A DNA stretch of 64,000 nt from an uncultured delta proteobacterium (GTDB taxonomy: Bacteria > Myxococcota > Myxococcia > Myxococcales > Anaeromyxobacteraceae), in NCBI GenBank assembly GCA_963845515.1, contig CAWJSR010000029.1, positions 224,001 to 288,000 of the forward strand. The letters are read 5' to 3'. The notes under the pieces are model-generated. The model saw only the letters and a list, made by a program, of their open reading frames with translations. It ran no database searches and had not been told where the DNA came from. Below are positions 1-11,532 of the stretch, piece after piece (positions within the stretch are counted from its first letter, which is position 1; the number at the start of each line of letters is the position of its first letter). Position numbers and translations under genes: made by a program.

Positions 1-414
1 GCGCCGCTCGAGCTCAGCGGCGTCCGGCGGCAGGACGAAGACGGTGCAGGCTTCGCGCGGGTATGCGGCCTTGATCTGCTCGCCGCCCTGGACGTCGATG
101 TCGAAGATTGCGACCCGGCCCTTCCGGAGCGCGTCGTCGACGGTCGGGCGGAGCGTCCCGTAGTGGCGCCCGTGGACCTCGGCCCACTCGGCGAACGCGC
201 CTGCGGCAACCAGCGACTGGAAGCGCTCCGGCGCGACGAAGTGGTAGTCGACTCCGTCACGCTCCTCGCCGCGCGGCTCGCGCGTGGTGGCGGAGACAGA
301 GAAGACGGCGTCGGGATGGCGGGAGCGGTAGAGGTGCGCGAGCGTCGTCTTTCCGGCACCAGAGGGCGCGGAGAGGACGAGGAGCACGCCGGGGGCCGGC
401 GCCTCACTCGACAT
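1..414 (-). CDS. gmk: guanylate kinase (3' end outside window)
   Basis: Manual translation from ATG at 414: MSSEAPAPGVLLVLSAPSGAGKTT...SVSATTREPRGEERDGVDYHF...IFDIDVQGG; overlaps yicC end; classic yicC-gmk order. Confidence 0.93.
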   Translation of the reverse strand, partial: MSSEAPAPGVLLVLSAPSGAGKTTLAHLYRSRHPDAVFSVSATTREPRGEERDGVDYHFVAPERFQSLVAAGAFAEWAEVHGRHYGTLRPTVDDALRKGRVAIFDIDVQGGEQIKAAYPREACTVFVLPPDAAELERR

Positions 415-1279
415 TCTGGACCTGCTCCCGCATCCGCTCGATCTCCACCTTGAGCGAGACCACCTCGGAGACGATCTCGGCGGACTGCGACTTCGAGCCG
501 ATGGTGTTCGCCTCGCGGTGCATCTCCTGGACGATGAAGTCCAGCTTGCGCCCTGCGGGCTCGCCTCCTGCGAGCAGGCTCCGCACCTGCGCCACGTGGC
601 TCCCGAGCCGGGTGATCTCCTCGGTCACGTCGGTCCGATCGGCGAAGAGCGCGACCTCCTGCGCCAGCCGGGAGGCATCGAGCGGGATGCCGCGCGTCAG
701 CTCGGCGATCCGCTCCTCGAGCCGCGCGCGGTGGTGATCCACGGATCGCGGAACCATGCCGTGGACGCGCGCGACGATCTCCTCCACCTGCGTCAGCCTC
801 GAGGAGAGGTCGCGCGAGAGCGCCGCGCCCTCCTTCTCGCGCATCACCAGCAGGGCCTCCAGCGCGCGGTCGAGCGCGCGTAGGAGCCCGTCGCGGGCTG
901 CGTCCGCGTTGATCTCCCGCTCCTCGAGCCGGATCACGCCGTCGGCCGCGAGCACGTCGGCGAGCGTGGCCGCGCCGGGGAGCGAGAGCCGTGCCTGCAG
1001 CTCGGCGAACGCCCTCGCGTAAGCCTCGGCGAGGTGGGCGTCGACCCTGGGTGCGACCGAGCCGTGGTTCCCGGAGCGGCGCGCCGTGACCTCGACGCCG
1101 CCGCGGGCCAGCCGCTCCTTCACGACCCGGGCCACCTCGACCTCGAGCGCGCCGAGCTCGCGAGGCAGCCGCGCCTTGACCTCGCAGTACTTGTGATTCA
1201 CCGAGCGGACCTCGACGGAGATCTCCTCCTCGCCCGAGGAGCCCTTCCCAGCGCCGAAGCCCGTCATGCTGCGGATCAT
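404..1279 (-). CDS. yicC: YicC/YloC family endoribonuclease
   Basis: MIRSMTGFG start, SVNHKY, GRKLDFIVQEMHREANTIGSK, EQVQNVE C-terminus. Confidence 0.95.
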   Translation of the reverse strand: MIRSMTGFGAGKGSSGEEEISVEVRSVNHKYCEVKARLPRELGALEVEVARVVKERLARGGVEVTARRSGNHGSVAPRVDAHLAEAYARAFAELQARLSLPGAATLADVLAADGVIRLEEREINADAARDGLLRALDRALEALLVMREKEGAALSRDLSSRLTQVEEIVARVHGMVPRSVDHHRARLEERIAELTRGIPLDASRLAQEVALFADRTDVTEEITRLGSHVAQVRSLLAGGEPAGRKLDFIVQEMHREANTIGSKSQSAEIVSEVVSLKVEIERMREQVQNVE

Positions 1280-1349
1280 CGCGTCTCCCGGAGATCGCGT
1301 CGTGGTCGAGGGCTCGGCGAAGCTGTCGCCCGCCCCGAAGAGTGGACGG

Positions 1350-1538
1350 TCAAGGTTGGCCCGTGGTCCCGCCGAGAGGCTTCGCCTCCTCGATGAGCAT
1401 CACCGGGATGCCGTCGTCGATTCGGTAGGCCAGCCTGCAGCGGAGGCAGTGGATCTCGCCACGGTCCTCGTGAAACTCGAGATCGCCCTTGCACCTGGGG
1501 CAGGCGAGGATTTCCTTGAGATCGGGCGAGAGGGCCAT
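1350..1538 (-). CDS. Trm112/YcaR family protein
   Basis: LACPRCKGDL...CLRC...YRIDDGIPVML pattern, 62 aa. Confidence 0.9.
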   Translation of the reverse strand: MALSPDLKEILACPRCKGDLEFHEDRGEIHCLRCRLAYRIDDGIPVMLIEEAKPLGGTTGQP

Positions 1539-1557
1539 TGGGTCTCCGGCGGGAAAT

Positions 1558-2689
1558 CTACGCTCGCCAGCGGGCTGGCGGCAAGGCGAGAACGCGCTCC
1601 ATGAAGCCGGCGATCGCCTCCCCGCGGGCCCGCTCGGTGAACAGGGCGCTCATCCGCTCGCGGGCCGCCGCCCCCATGGCGCGCGCGCGCTCAGGGGCAC
1701 GGAGCAGCTCCAGGAGGGCGTCCGAGAGCCCGCCGACGTCACCCTGCTCCACGAGGAGCCCCGTGACGCCGTCCACGATGGCCTCTGCCGGCGCCCCGAA
1801 TCCGGTATGCGACGCCGGGCCGGCCCGCCGCCATACCCTCGAGGAGCGCGCGGCACGTCCCGTCGTTCCCTTCGGCGAGCAGGACCTTCACGTCGAAGGT
1901 CCGGTAGGCCGCCGCCAGCTCGGGGCCGCTCCGGTAGCCCGCGAAGAGGACCTCGTCCCGGAGCCCCCTGTGGCTCACGCGCACGCGCAGCCCCTCGAGC
2001 CCCTCCCCGCGCCCCACGACGACGAGCCGCGCGTCCGGTTCGCGGTCGACCACGCCGCGAAAGGCGTCGATCAGCTCCTCCAGGCGGCGCCCGGCCTTGA
2101 TGCGCGTGACGACGCCAGCGACCGGGGCTCCCGCCTCGATCCCCAGCTCGCCGCGGAGGTCGGGCCCGCCTGGGGCGAAGGCCGTCACGTCGACGGCGCC
2201 GCGGGTGGCCAGGATCCGCTCGGGTGCCACGCGGAAGCGCTCCTCGAGCAGGCGCGCGTGCGCGTCGCAGACGGCCACGAGCCCGTCGGAGGCGCGATGA
2301 CCGAGCCCCTGCATCGCGCGCGGCTCGAGCGAGCGGGAGGAGTGGACCGTGCGGACCACGCGGCGCGCCCCACGCCGCCAGAGCGCCAGGAGCGCGAGCA
2401 GGTGGTCGTGGGAGAAGTTGGCGTGGACGACGTCGAAGCCACGCGCGACGATGGCGAGCCGGCGCAGGTCGCCCAGGAAGGCGGCCGGTCCCGCGTTGGG
2501 GCCGAGGGTCAGATCCTCACGCACGTCGAGCCCGAGCTCCCGCAGCCTCGGGAGCATCGTGCCACCCCTGGCCGTCTCGACGCCGATCTGGACCTCGTGG
2601 CCGAGCCGCGCGAGCTCGCGCGCGACCGAGGCCATGGGCTCCGCGGGCCCCGTCCACCGGTTGCTGGCGAGGAGCTCCAGGACGCGCAT
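1558..2689 (-). CDS. glycosyltransferase family 4 (frameshift near 1800)
   Basis: N-part ORF 1739..2689 (…ALLEGMAAGRPGV) continues in ORF 1558..1776 (DGVTGLLV...ARAMGAAARER); one extra base joins them. Confidence 0.85.
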
Positions 2690-2692
2690 CGC

Positions 2693-3172
2693 TCACTTCC
2701 GCAGCGGTTCCAGCTTGCCGAGCAGCTCGGTGGTGGAGTGGTTCTTGGGATCGCCGGCGACCGCGACGCGTCCGCCGTACGCGCGGACCTCCGCCGCCTC
2801 CGGGATGGTCTCGGGGGTGTAGTCGGTCCCCTTCACCTGGACGTCGGGCTTGAGGAGCCGGATCACCGAGATGACGTCCTTCGTGTCGAAGAGGACCACG
2901 TGATCGACGCAGCGGAGGCCGGCCACGATCTCCGCCCGCTCCCCCTCCGGGATCACGGGCCGCGAGGGCCCCTTGTTGAGCCTCGTGGAGAAGTCGCTGT
3001 TGACCGCGACCACGAGGAGATCGGCCTCCGCCTTCGCCCCCTCCAGGTATCGCAGGTGGCCGACGTGGAAGAGGTCGAAGATGCCGTTGGCCATCGCGAT
3101 CGTCTTCCCCGCGGCGGTGGCGGCGGCCCGAAGCCGGGGAAGATCCTCGAGCGAGACGATGCGGTCGTTCAT
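2693..3172 (-). CDS. hldC: D-glycero-beta-D-manno-heptose 1-phosphate adenylyltransferase (HldE domain II / HldC)
   Basis: ANGIFDLFHVGHLRYL, VAVNSD, KGTDY, HSTT motifs; ATG at 3172. Confidence 0.85.
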   Translation of the reverse strand: MNDRIVSLEDLPRLRAAATAAGKTIAMANGIFDLFHVGHLRYLEGAKAEADLLVVAVNSDFSTRLNKGPSRPVIPEGERAEIVAGLRCVDHVVLFDTKDVISVIRLLKPDVQVKGTDYTPETIPEAAEVRAYGGRVAVAGDPKNHSTTELLGKLEPLRK

Positions 3173-4186
3173 TGGGCGGGGCGGGCCAGCTCGGCCGCCA
3201 GCTCCTCGTGCGAGACGGTGGCGGTGCCAGGCTTCAGGACCTGCAGCGCGCCAGCCACGTTGGCGAGCCGGGCGGCGAGCTCGAAGTCCCCGCCGGCGGC
3301 GAGCCCAGCCGTGAAGGCTGCGGCGACGGTGTCGCCCGCGCCGGTCACGTCCACCGCCTCCGCGCTGCCGTGCGCGGCGACGTGGAGCGGCGCTGCTCCC
3401 CGCCGGAACAGCGACATGCCGTTCCGCCCGCGGGTCACGAGCAGCACGTCGCAGTCGACCTGCCGCAGGAGCTTCCTGGCCGCCTTCTCGAGCCCGCCGG
3501 GCTGGGAGAGGCTCACGCCCGTGGCGGTCTCGAGCTCCACCTCGTTCGGCTTCACCATCGTGAGGTGGGTATAGGAGCGGAGCCCGTAGCGCGAGTCGAC
3601 GCATACGGGGACGCCGCCGCGCTTGACCCGCCTGAGAACCTCGACCAGCTCTGGGCCGATGGACGCCGGAGCCGTAGTCGCTCGCCAGGATCGCCCGGGC
3701 GCGGCGGCTCCCGCGCGTCACTGAGGCCATGAGCTGCTTGATTACGCGGGGCGACAGCGGCTCCCGGGGGGCCCGATCCAGCCGGATCATCTGCTGCCTG
3801 CGCGTCGATCGCCCGCCGGCGAGGATCCGGGTCTTGGCCTCGGTCAGCCGCCCCTTCACGCGGACGATCCCCGCGACGTCGATCCCCTGACCCTCGAGCT
3901 CGTCGAGGAGCGCCGTGCCCAGCGCGTCGTCGCCGACCACGCCGACGGCGCGGACCTTCACGCCGAGCGCGGCGAGGTTGGCCGCGGCGTTCCCGGCGCC
4001 GCCCGCCTTCAGCTCGGACGACTCGTAGCGGACTATGAGGACCGGTGCCTCACGGCTGATCCGCTCCGTCTCGCCGAAGACGTACTCGTCGGCGACGAAG
4101 TCGCCGACCACGACCACCTCGGCCTCCGGGAAGGCGGGCACGAGCGCGGCAACCTGGGAGAGATCCGGCTCTCGGGAGGGGGGCAC
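3169..4186 (-). CDS. hldA: heptose-7-phosphate kinase, PfkB family (HldE domain I / HldA; frameshift near 3660)
   Basis: VVGDFVADEY...RISREAPV, GGAGNAAANL, SDYGSG in one frame; KPNEVE, DVTGAGDTV in the next. Confidence 0.85.
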
Positions 4187-4217
4187 GCCGGTTTCCTACC
4201 GCGCCCCCCCGAGGGCG

Positions 4218-5099
4218 TCAAACATCACGGGGCGGGCGCGTCTCGCCGTCGGGGCGGGTCTTCCAGCGCCTGTGGAGCCAATACCAGCGGTCCGGATGGA
4301 GCCGCACCCAACGCTCCAGCCGGTCGTTCAGATCCTGCATGAACGCGAGCACGTCGCGCTCCCGGTCGCCGGTGTCGGGGACCGCGAGCGGCCCCTCCAC
4401 CACGACCTTGTGGCGCCCGTCCTCGAGCGGGACAGACACGGCGAAGATGACCGCGGCGCCCGTCCGCAGCGCGAGCCACGCGGGCGTGGCCGCAGTCGCG
4501 GCGGGGACGCCGAAGAAGGTGGGGAAGATGGCGCGCCGCTTCTGCTGGTTCTGGTCGATGACGTAGCCGAGGACGCGCCCCTCCTTGAGCGCGCGCGTCG
4601 CCGCCTTGAGCGTCTCGCCCCTGCGGACGATCAGGTCCTCGACCCCCGAGCGGCGGCGCGTCTCGCGCCAGAGGTCGTTCGCGCCCGACTTCCCCATCTC
4701 CCGGGTGATCATGGTGACCGGGATGCCGCGAAGCGTCTGCGCCGCGGCGAGCAGGTCGAAGTTCCCGAAGTGGCCGGTGCAGGCGACGACCCCCTTCCCC
4801 TCCGCCTTCGCCCGCTCGTACACGTCCCAGCCCTCGTACACGAAGAGCCGCTCCAGCTCCTCCTTCGTGAGGCTGGGGACCCGCAGGAAGTCGGTGATCA
4901 TCCTCCCGAGGTTCAGGAAGGTCCGGCGCGCGATCTCACGCCGCTCGGCCTCGCTCTTCTCCGGGAAGGCGAGCTGGAGGTTGGACATCACGACGCCGCG
5001 GCGGACGTGGAGCGCCCATACTACCCAGCCGAGGAAGGTGCCGAAGGCGTCGAGCCAGCTGCGCGGAATCCTGGCGAGCAGTCGAAGGAGCGTTCCCAT
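4218..5099 (-). CDS. lpxL: lipid A late acyltransferase (LpxL/HtrB family)
   Basis: GHFGNFD (HX4D), DQ, FFG, WYWLHRRWK motifs; LPS cluster context. Confidence 0.85.
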   Translation of the reverse strand: MGTLLRLLARIPRSWLDAFGTFLGWVVWALHVRRGVVMSNLQLAFPEKSEAERREIARRTFLNLGRMITDFLRVPSLTKEELERLFVYEGWDVYERAKAEGKGVVACTGHFGNFDLLAAAQTLRGIPVTMITREMGKSGANDLWRETRRRSGVEDLIVRRGETLKAATRALKEGRVLGYVIDQNQQKRRAIFPTFFGVPAATAATPAWLALRTGAAVIFAVSVPLEDGRHKVVVEGPLAVPDTGDRERDVLAFMQDLNDRLERWVRLHPDRWYWLHRRWKTRPDGETRPPRDV

Positions 5100-6220
5100 C
5101 ACCGCCCCCGTTCTCCCCCGGGAGAGAGCGCGGCGTCCAGCGCCGCGTCGAGCAGCTCTCCTCCGCGCACGATCTCGGCATGAATGCGGAGGACCGCGAC
5201 GCGGGGATCGCGGGCTGCGGACTCCGGCAGCCGGACCGCGTCCTTCTCCGTGGTTATGACCAGCGCGCAGCCTCGACGGCCCGCGGCTCGCAGCGCCTCC
5301 TCCAGGTCGTGCTCGCTGAACCGGTGGTGGTCGGGGTGACGCTGCTCCCCGCCGATCTCCGCGCCGAGCCCCTCGACCGTCCGCCTGAAGGAGCCCGGGC
5401 GCGCCAGCCCGGAGAGAAGGAGCACGCGCTGCCCGCGCAGTGCTCCAAGCCCGAGCGGCCGGGAGAGCATCCCGTCGAGCAGCTCCTCGGGGGCGTGGCG
5501 GGACTCCACGAGCCCCGCGCCGGACGCCTCGCGCGCGAGGGACCTGAGCCGCTCGAGGGGCTCGGCGCCGTCGGCGCCAACCTGGTCGACGCGCGAGAGC
5601 CAGACTAGCCCGGCGCGACGGAGCGCCGAGGGCGGCTCGCGGTTGGGCCCCGCCGGGAGCAGACGGCCGTTTCCGAAGGGGTTGCTGGCGTCCAGCAGGA
5701 CGACGTCGAGGTCGCGCCCGAGCTTGCGGTGCTGGAAGCCGTCGTCGAGCAGGAGCACGTCTGCCCCGAACTCCGTCACGGCGCGCCTGGCCACGTCGGC
5801 CCTGCGGGGGCCACACAGGACCGGCACGCCGAACAGCCTGCGCGCGAGCAGGACCGGCTCGTCCCCGCCCTCCGCGGCACCGAGCAGCACCCGCTCACCG
5901 TTGGAGACCACCCGCGGATCTGAGCGCGTGGCACCGTACCCGCGCGAGAGGATCGCCACGCGGCGGCCCCGCGCCTTCAGCCGCGCCGCGATCGCGGCGG
6001 TCGCGGGGGTCTTCCCGGCGCCGCCGACCGCCAGGTTGCCGATGGAGATCACCGGGACGCCTGCCCGCGTCACGATCGCCATGCCACGGTCGTACGCCGC
6101 GCCACGCAGCGCCACGGCCAGCCCGAAGAGCGCCCCGGCGGGCGCCAGTGCCAGCCCGACCCCGCGCGCCGCGATACCGCTGGGGGCGCCCCACCAGGTC
6201 TCCTCCAGGAGGCTCGTCAC
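5099..6220 (-). CDS. lpxK: tetraacyldisaccharide 4'-kinase
   Basis: ISIGNLAVGGAGKTP, SRGYG, GDEP, LDDGFQH, LLPAGPNRE, DHH, TTEKDAV. Confidence 0.95.
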   Translation of the reverse strand: MTSLLEETWWGAPSGIAARGVGLALAPAGALFGLAVALRGAAYDRGMAIVTRAGVPVISIGNLAVGGAGKTPATAAIAARLKARGRRVAILSRGYGATRSDPRVVSNGERVLLGAAEGGDEPVLLARRLFGVPVLCGPRRADVARRAVTEFGADVLLLDDGFQHRKLGRDLDVVLLDASNPFGNGRLLPAGPNREPPSALRRAGLVWLSRVDQVGADGAEPLERLRSLAREASGAGLVESRHAPEELLDGMLSRPLGLGALRGQRVLLLSGLARPGSFRRTVEGLGAEIGGEQRHPDHHRFSEHDLEEALRAAGRRGCALVITTEKDAVRLPESAARDPRVAVLRIHAEIVRGGELLDAALDAALSPGGERGR

Positions 6221-7208
6221 CGCAGCATCTCGCGAACGGCGGCCACCACCGTCTCGGGGGTGAGGTCGCCCATGCAGCGGTGGTGCCGCTCCGGACAGAC
6301 GTCGCCGCCGTGGTTGGAGCACGGGGAGCAGCGCAGCCCGAGCGCGATCGCGCGCCCAGGCGGCGGCGGACCCCAGCGCGCGACGGACGTCGGGCCGAAG
6401 AGCGCCAGTACCTTCGTACCGACCGCGGTCGCGAGGTGGACCGGCCCCGAGTCGCAGGCGACGAGGAGCTGGACGCGGGCGAGCGCGGCGGCGAGCGCGT
6501 CGAGCGGGAGGAAGGAGGAGATCGGCCTCGACGCGGCAGCGGACCGCCGCGCGGAAGGCGGCGAACGCGTCCCTGTCGCCAGGGCCGCCGGCCAGGACGA
6601 TCCGGATCCCGTCGGCGGCGAGGGCGTCGGCCACGGCGGCGAAGCGCTCGGCGGGCCAGCGCTTGGTGGCCCACCGCGCGCCAGGTGCCAGCGCGACCGC
6701 CGGCGCCTCCAGCCCGCGCAGCGCATCGGCGGCGAGCGCCTTCGCCTGGCCGGAGAGCGCGATCTTCACGCGCCCTGGCCCGCCGACCCCGAGGTGGGAC
6801 GCGGCCTCGGCGTAGAGCCGCGTCTGGTGTGCGCGCACGAGCGGCGGAATCCTGCCCGAAGAGCGAGAGGAGGCCCTGCCCCAGCGTCCGCCGCCGGAAG
6901 GCCGCCCGCTGCGGCGCGGCGGCCGCGGCGATGAGCCCGCTCTTGACCTTGTTCTGGAGGTCCAGCGCGATGTCGAACTGCCCGCGCAGACGCGAGGCGA
7001 GGGCCCAGGGGGACTCCTCGCCGTCCCGCCCGAGGACGTGGACCTCCGCGATCTCGGGGAGCCCGCGGAGCAGCGGCGCATAGGGGGCGCTGGTCACCCA
7101 CTCGATGCGCGCGTCCGGGAAGGCGCTGCGGAGGGGCTCCAGCAGTGAGGTCGCGAGGACCACGTCGCCGAGCGCGCTGTACCGGATCACGAGGATGCGC
7201 GTCGTCAC
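6217..7208 (-). CDS. glycosyltransferase family 9, LPS heptosyltransferase (frameshifts near 6850 and 6515)
   Basis: ILVIRYSALGDVVL, PGARWATKRWP, DSGPVHLATAVG..LFGPT, CSPC spread over three frames. Confidence 0.88.
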
Positions 7209-8488
7209 GGGTGCTCCGGGTTCGTGGGCAGCAGGCCCAGCATGTGGTCGACGTTGCGCGCGCTCGCGCCGCGGATGGCGCTGACCGCCTGGCGCGCGAG
7301 CCGCCCCAGCTCGTCCAGCTGGTCCGGGCGGGACAGCAGCTCGTCCGCGACCCTGTAGAGCTGATCGGCGCTGGCCACCTGGATCCCGCCGCGTCCCTGG
7401 AGGACCTGCACGGAGTCCTTGAAGTTCTCCATGTGCGGGCCGAACAGGACCGGCTTCCCCTGCGCGGCCGGCTCCAGGAGGTTCTGACCGCCCCGCGTGA
7501 CGAAGCTGCCCCCGATGAAGACCAGGGTGGCGAGCCGGTAGGCCGCAGCGAGCTCGCCGATCGAATCGAGGACCGTCACCGGCGCCGACCCTGCGACCGT
7601 CCCCACGCTGCGCAGCCGCACGCCCAGCCCCTCCGCGGCGGCCAGGGCGAGGATGCGCCCAGCCCGCTCCAGGTACCGCGGCGCGATGACGAGCTGCAGC
7701 CCTGGGTAGCGGACGAGCAGCCGCCGATAGACGTGGAGGATCGGCTCCTCCTCCCCCTCGTGCGTCGACCCGGCCATGAAGACGGGGCGGTCGGGGTCGA
7801 GCCCCATCTCCTTCCGGAGCTGCTCCGAGCGCGCCGCGCCAGTGTCCAGCAGGAGCGCGTCGAACTTGGTGTTTCCCGTGACCCAGACGCGGGCCGGCGC
7901 CGCCCCCAGCGCGAGCACCCGCTCCGCCTCCTCGTCCGAGCGCATCAGGAAGCAGTCGATGTTCCTGAGCGGGTTGCCGATCGCGCCGAAGAAGAACCGG
8001 TAGCGCGACACCTTCTCGGGGTTGAAGCGGCCGTTGGTGAGCGCGATCGGGACGCCGGCCACGTGCGCTGCGCGGATCAGGTTCGGCCAGATCTCGGTGT
8101 ACTCCAGCACCAGGAGATCGGGGCGCAGCCGGCGCACGGCGCGGCGCGTGGCGCCGAAGAGATCGTACGGGGCGTAGACCACGACGTCGGCCTCGACGAG
8201 CTTCCGCCTGGCCATCTCGATGCCGCTGTTGGTGATCGTCGTGACGATGATGCAGGCATCCGGAATCCGCGCGCGCAGCTCGCGCATCATCGGCTGGAGC
8301 GAGAGCAGGTCGCCGGCGCTCGCGCCGTGCAGCCAGACGCGCCTCCCCCCCCTCTTCCCCGCGTCGAAGGCGCGGCCGTAGAGCCCCAGCCGCGCCGCGA
8401 TCCCGTGCCGCAGCTTCGGGTGCACGAGGAGCGCCGGCAGGACGGCGGCGAAGAGCAGGTAGCTCGCGAGGACGTAGAGGAGGTGCAC
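7205..8488 (-). CDS. waaA: 3-deoxy-D-manno-octulosonic acid (Kdo) transferase
   Basis: VWLHGASAGD, EIWPN, TGNTKFD, GSTHEGEE, IGGSF..GGQNLLEPA, GPHMENF. Confidence 0.95.
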   Translation of the reverse strand: MHLLYVLASYLLFAAVLPALLVHPKLRHGIAARLGLYGRAFDAGKRGGRRVWLHGASAGDLLSLQPMMRELRARIPDACIIVTTITNSGIEMARRKLVEADVVVYAPYDLFGATRRAVRRLRPDLLVLEYTEIWPNLIRAAHVAGVPIALTNGRFNPEKVSRYRFFFGAIGNPLRNIDCFLMRSDEEAERVLALGAAPARVWVTGNTKFDALLLDTGAARSEQLRKEMGLDPDRPVFMAGSTHEGEEEPILHVYRRLLVRYPGLQLVIAPRYLERAGRILALAAAEGLGVRLRSVGTVAGSAPVTVLDSIGELAAAYRLATLVFIGGSFVTRGGQNLLEPAAQGKPVLFGPHMENFKDSVQVLQGRGGIQVASADQLYRVADELLSRPDQLDELGRLARQAVSAIRGASARNVDHMLGLLPTNPEHP

Positions 8489-8500
8489 GGAGGCCGATGT

Positions 8501-9584
8501 CTACTCCAAGGCGACGGGGTTGGTGAAGAGCCATGGACGACCGTCGACCGTCCCCTCGACCCGGTAGCTCCCCGGCGCACATCCGGCCTCGCAGAAGCGC
8601 ACGCCCGCGCCGGGCTGGGCAGGGGCGGACCGTGCCTCGACCTCGCGGCCGTCGCGCAGCAGCCTGAGCCGCACGTCACCACGCTGCGGGGAGTCGAGCG
8701 TCAGGTAGAGCCCCGCGCCCGGCACCCTCGCCAGCCGCAGCGAGGAGGCCGGCGCGACGCCGTCGTACACGCACGCCGCGCGGCCGTCGAGCAGCGCGTC
8801 CAGCACCGCGCGGGTGTCCGCCACCGCCTCGCCGGTGAGCGTGACCGGGACGTGCATCGAGAAGGCCCCGAAGGCGGCGGCGTAGCTCGGGTACCCGTGC
8901 GCATCGGCCGAGCAGAGCAGGACCGGCGGCGGTCGCCCGCCCGCGCGCGCCGCGGCGACCTCGGTGTCGAAGCGTGCCAGCTCCTCGGTCGGGAAGCGCG
9001 AGAGCCAGAGGACGGCCTGCGGCTCGTCGAAGGGGAGCGCGAGGGCCGCGAGCAGGATCCGTCCGACGGCGCGCTCCTGGAGCGCCTGGTACCAAAAGCT
9101 GTCGTTCGAGACGACCTCGAAGCCGCGCCAGGCACCTCGCCCCCAGCCGGTGAATGGGCGCCGCGGGTGGAGCGGGTGCGCGAGCACCGCGGCGCCACCG
9201 GCGGCAGCGGTCCGGCCGAGCGGATCCGCCTTCTCGGCCGCACCGGGAGCGGCGGGGAGCCCCACCGCCACGACGTGGCCGAAGGCGCTGGAGATCTCGG
9301 TGACCTCCACCACCAGCACGCCATCGCGGTAGCCGGCGTCTGACGGGGTGAGCACGTTGTGGTCGGCGACCACGATGTACTGGAGCCCGGCCCGCCTGCG
9401 CCGCGCGCACGACCTCGTCGAGCGTGCCCAGCCCGTCCGAGCGGGTGGTGTGGACGTGCCACGCGCCGCGGATCTCGCCGGGTGGGAGCGTGCTCCCTGG
9501 AGCCCGCCGCCAGAGCGTCCAGCCGCCGAAGGCGAGCCAGCCGGCGAGGGCCAGGAGCAGCGCGGCGACGAGCCCTCTCTTCAT
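8501..9584 (-). CDS. membrane-anchored PHP-domain metallophosphoesterase (frameshift near 9380-9420)
   Basis: N-terminal hydrophobic segment, HVHTTRSDG, ADHN, EISS..GH, LAHP, SADAH metal-binding motifs. Confidence 0.8.
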
Positions 9585-9609
9585 GCGATCGGCCGGTCGC
9601 GGCGCTCGC

Positions 9610-11446
<1,837 letters not shown>

Positions 11447-11532
11447 GGCCGCGCCATCCTAGTGCAAAGCCCGCCCGCATGCATTCCCCTGCACGGCAGG
11501 GCCGCAGGCCCGCGCCTGGACCGCGCGGCGCG

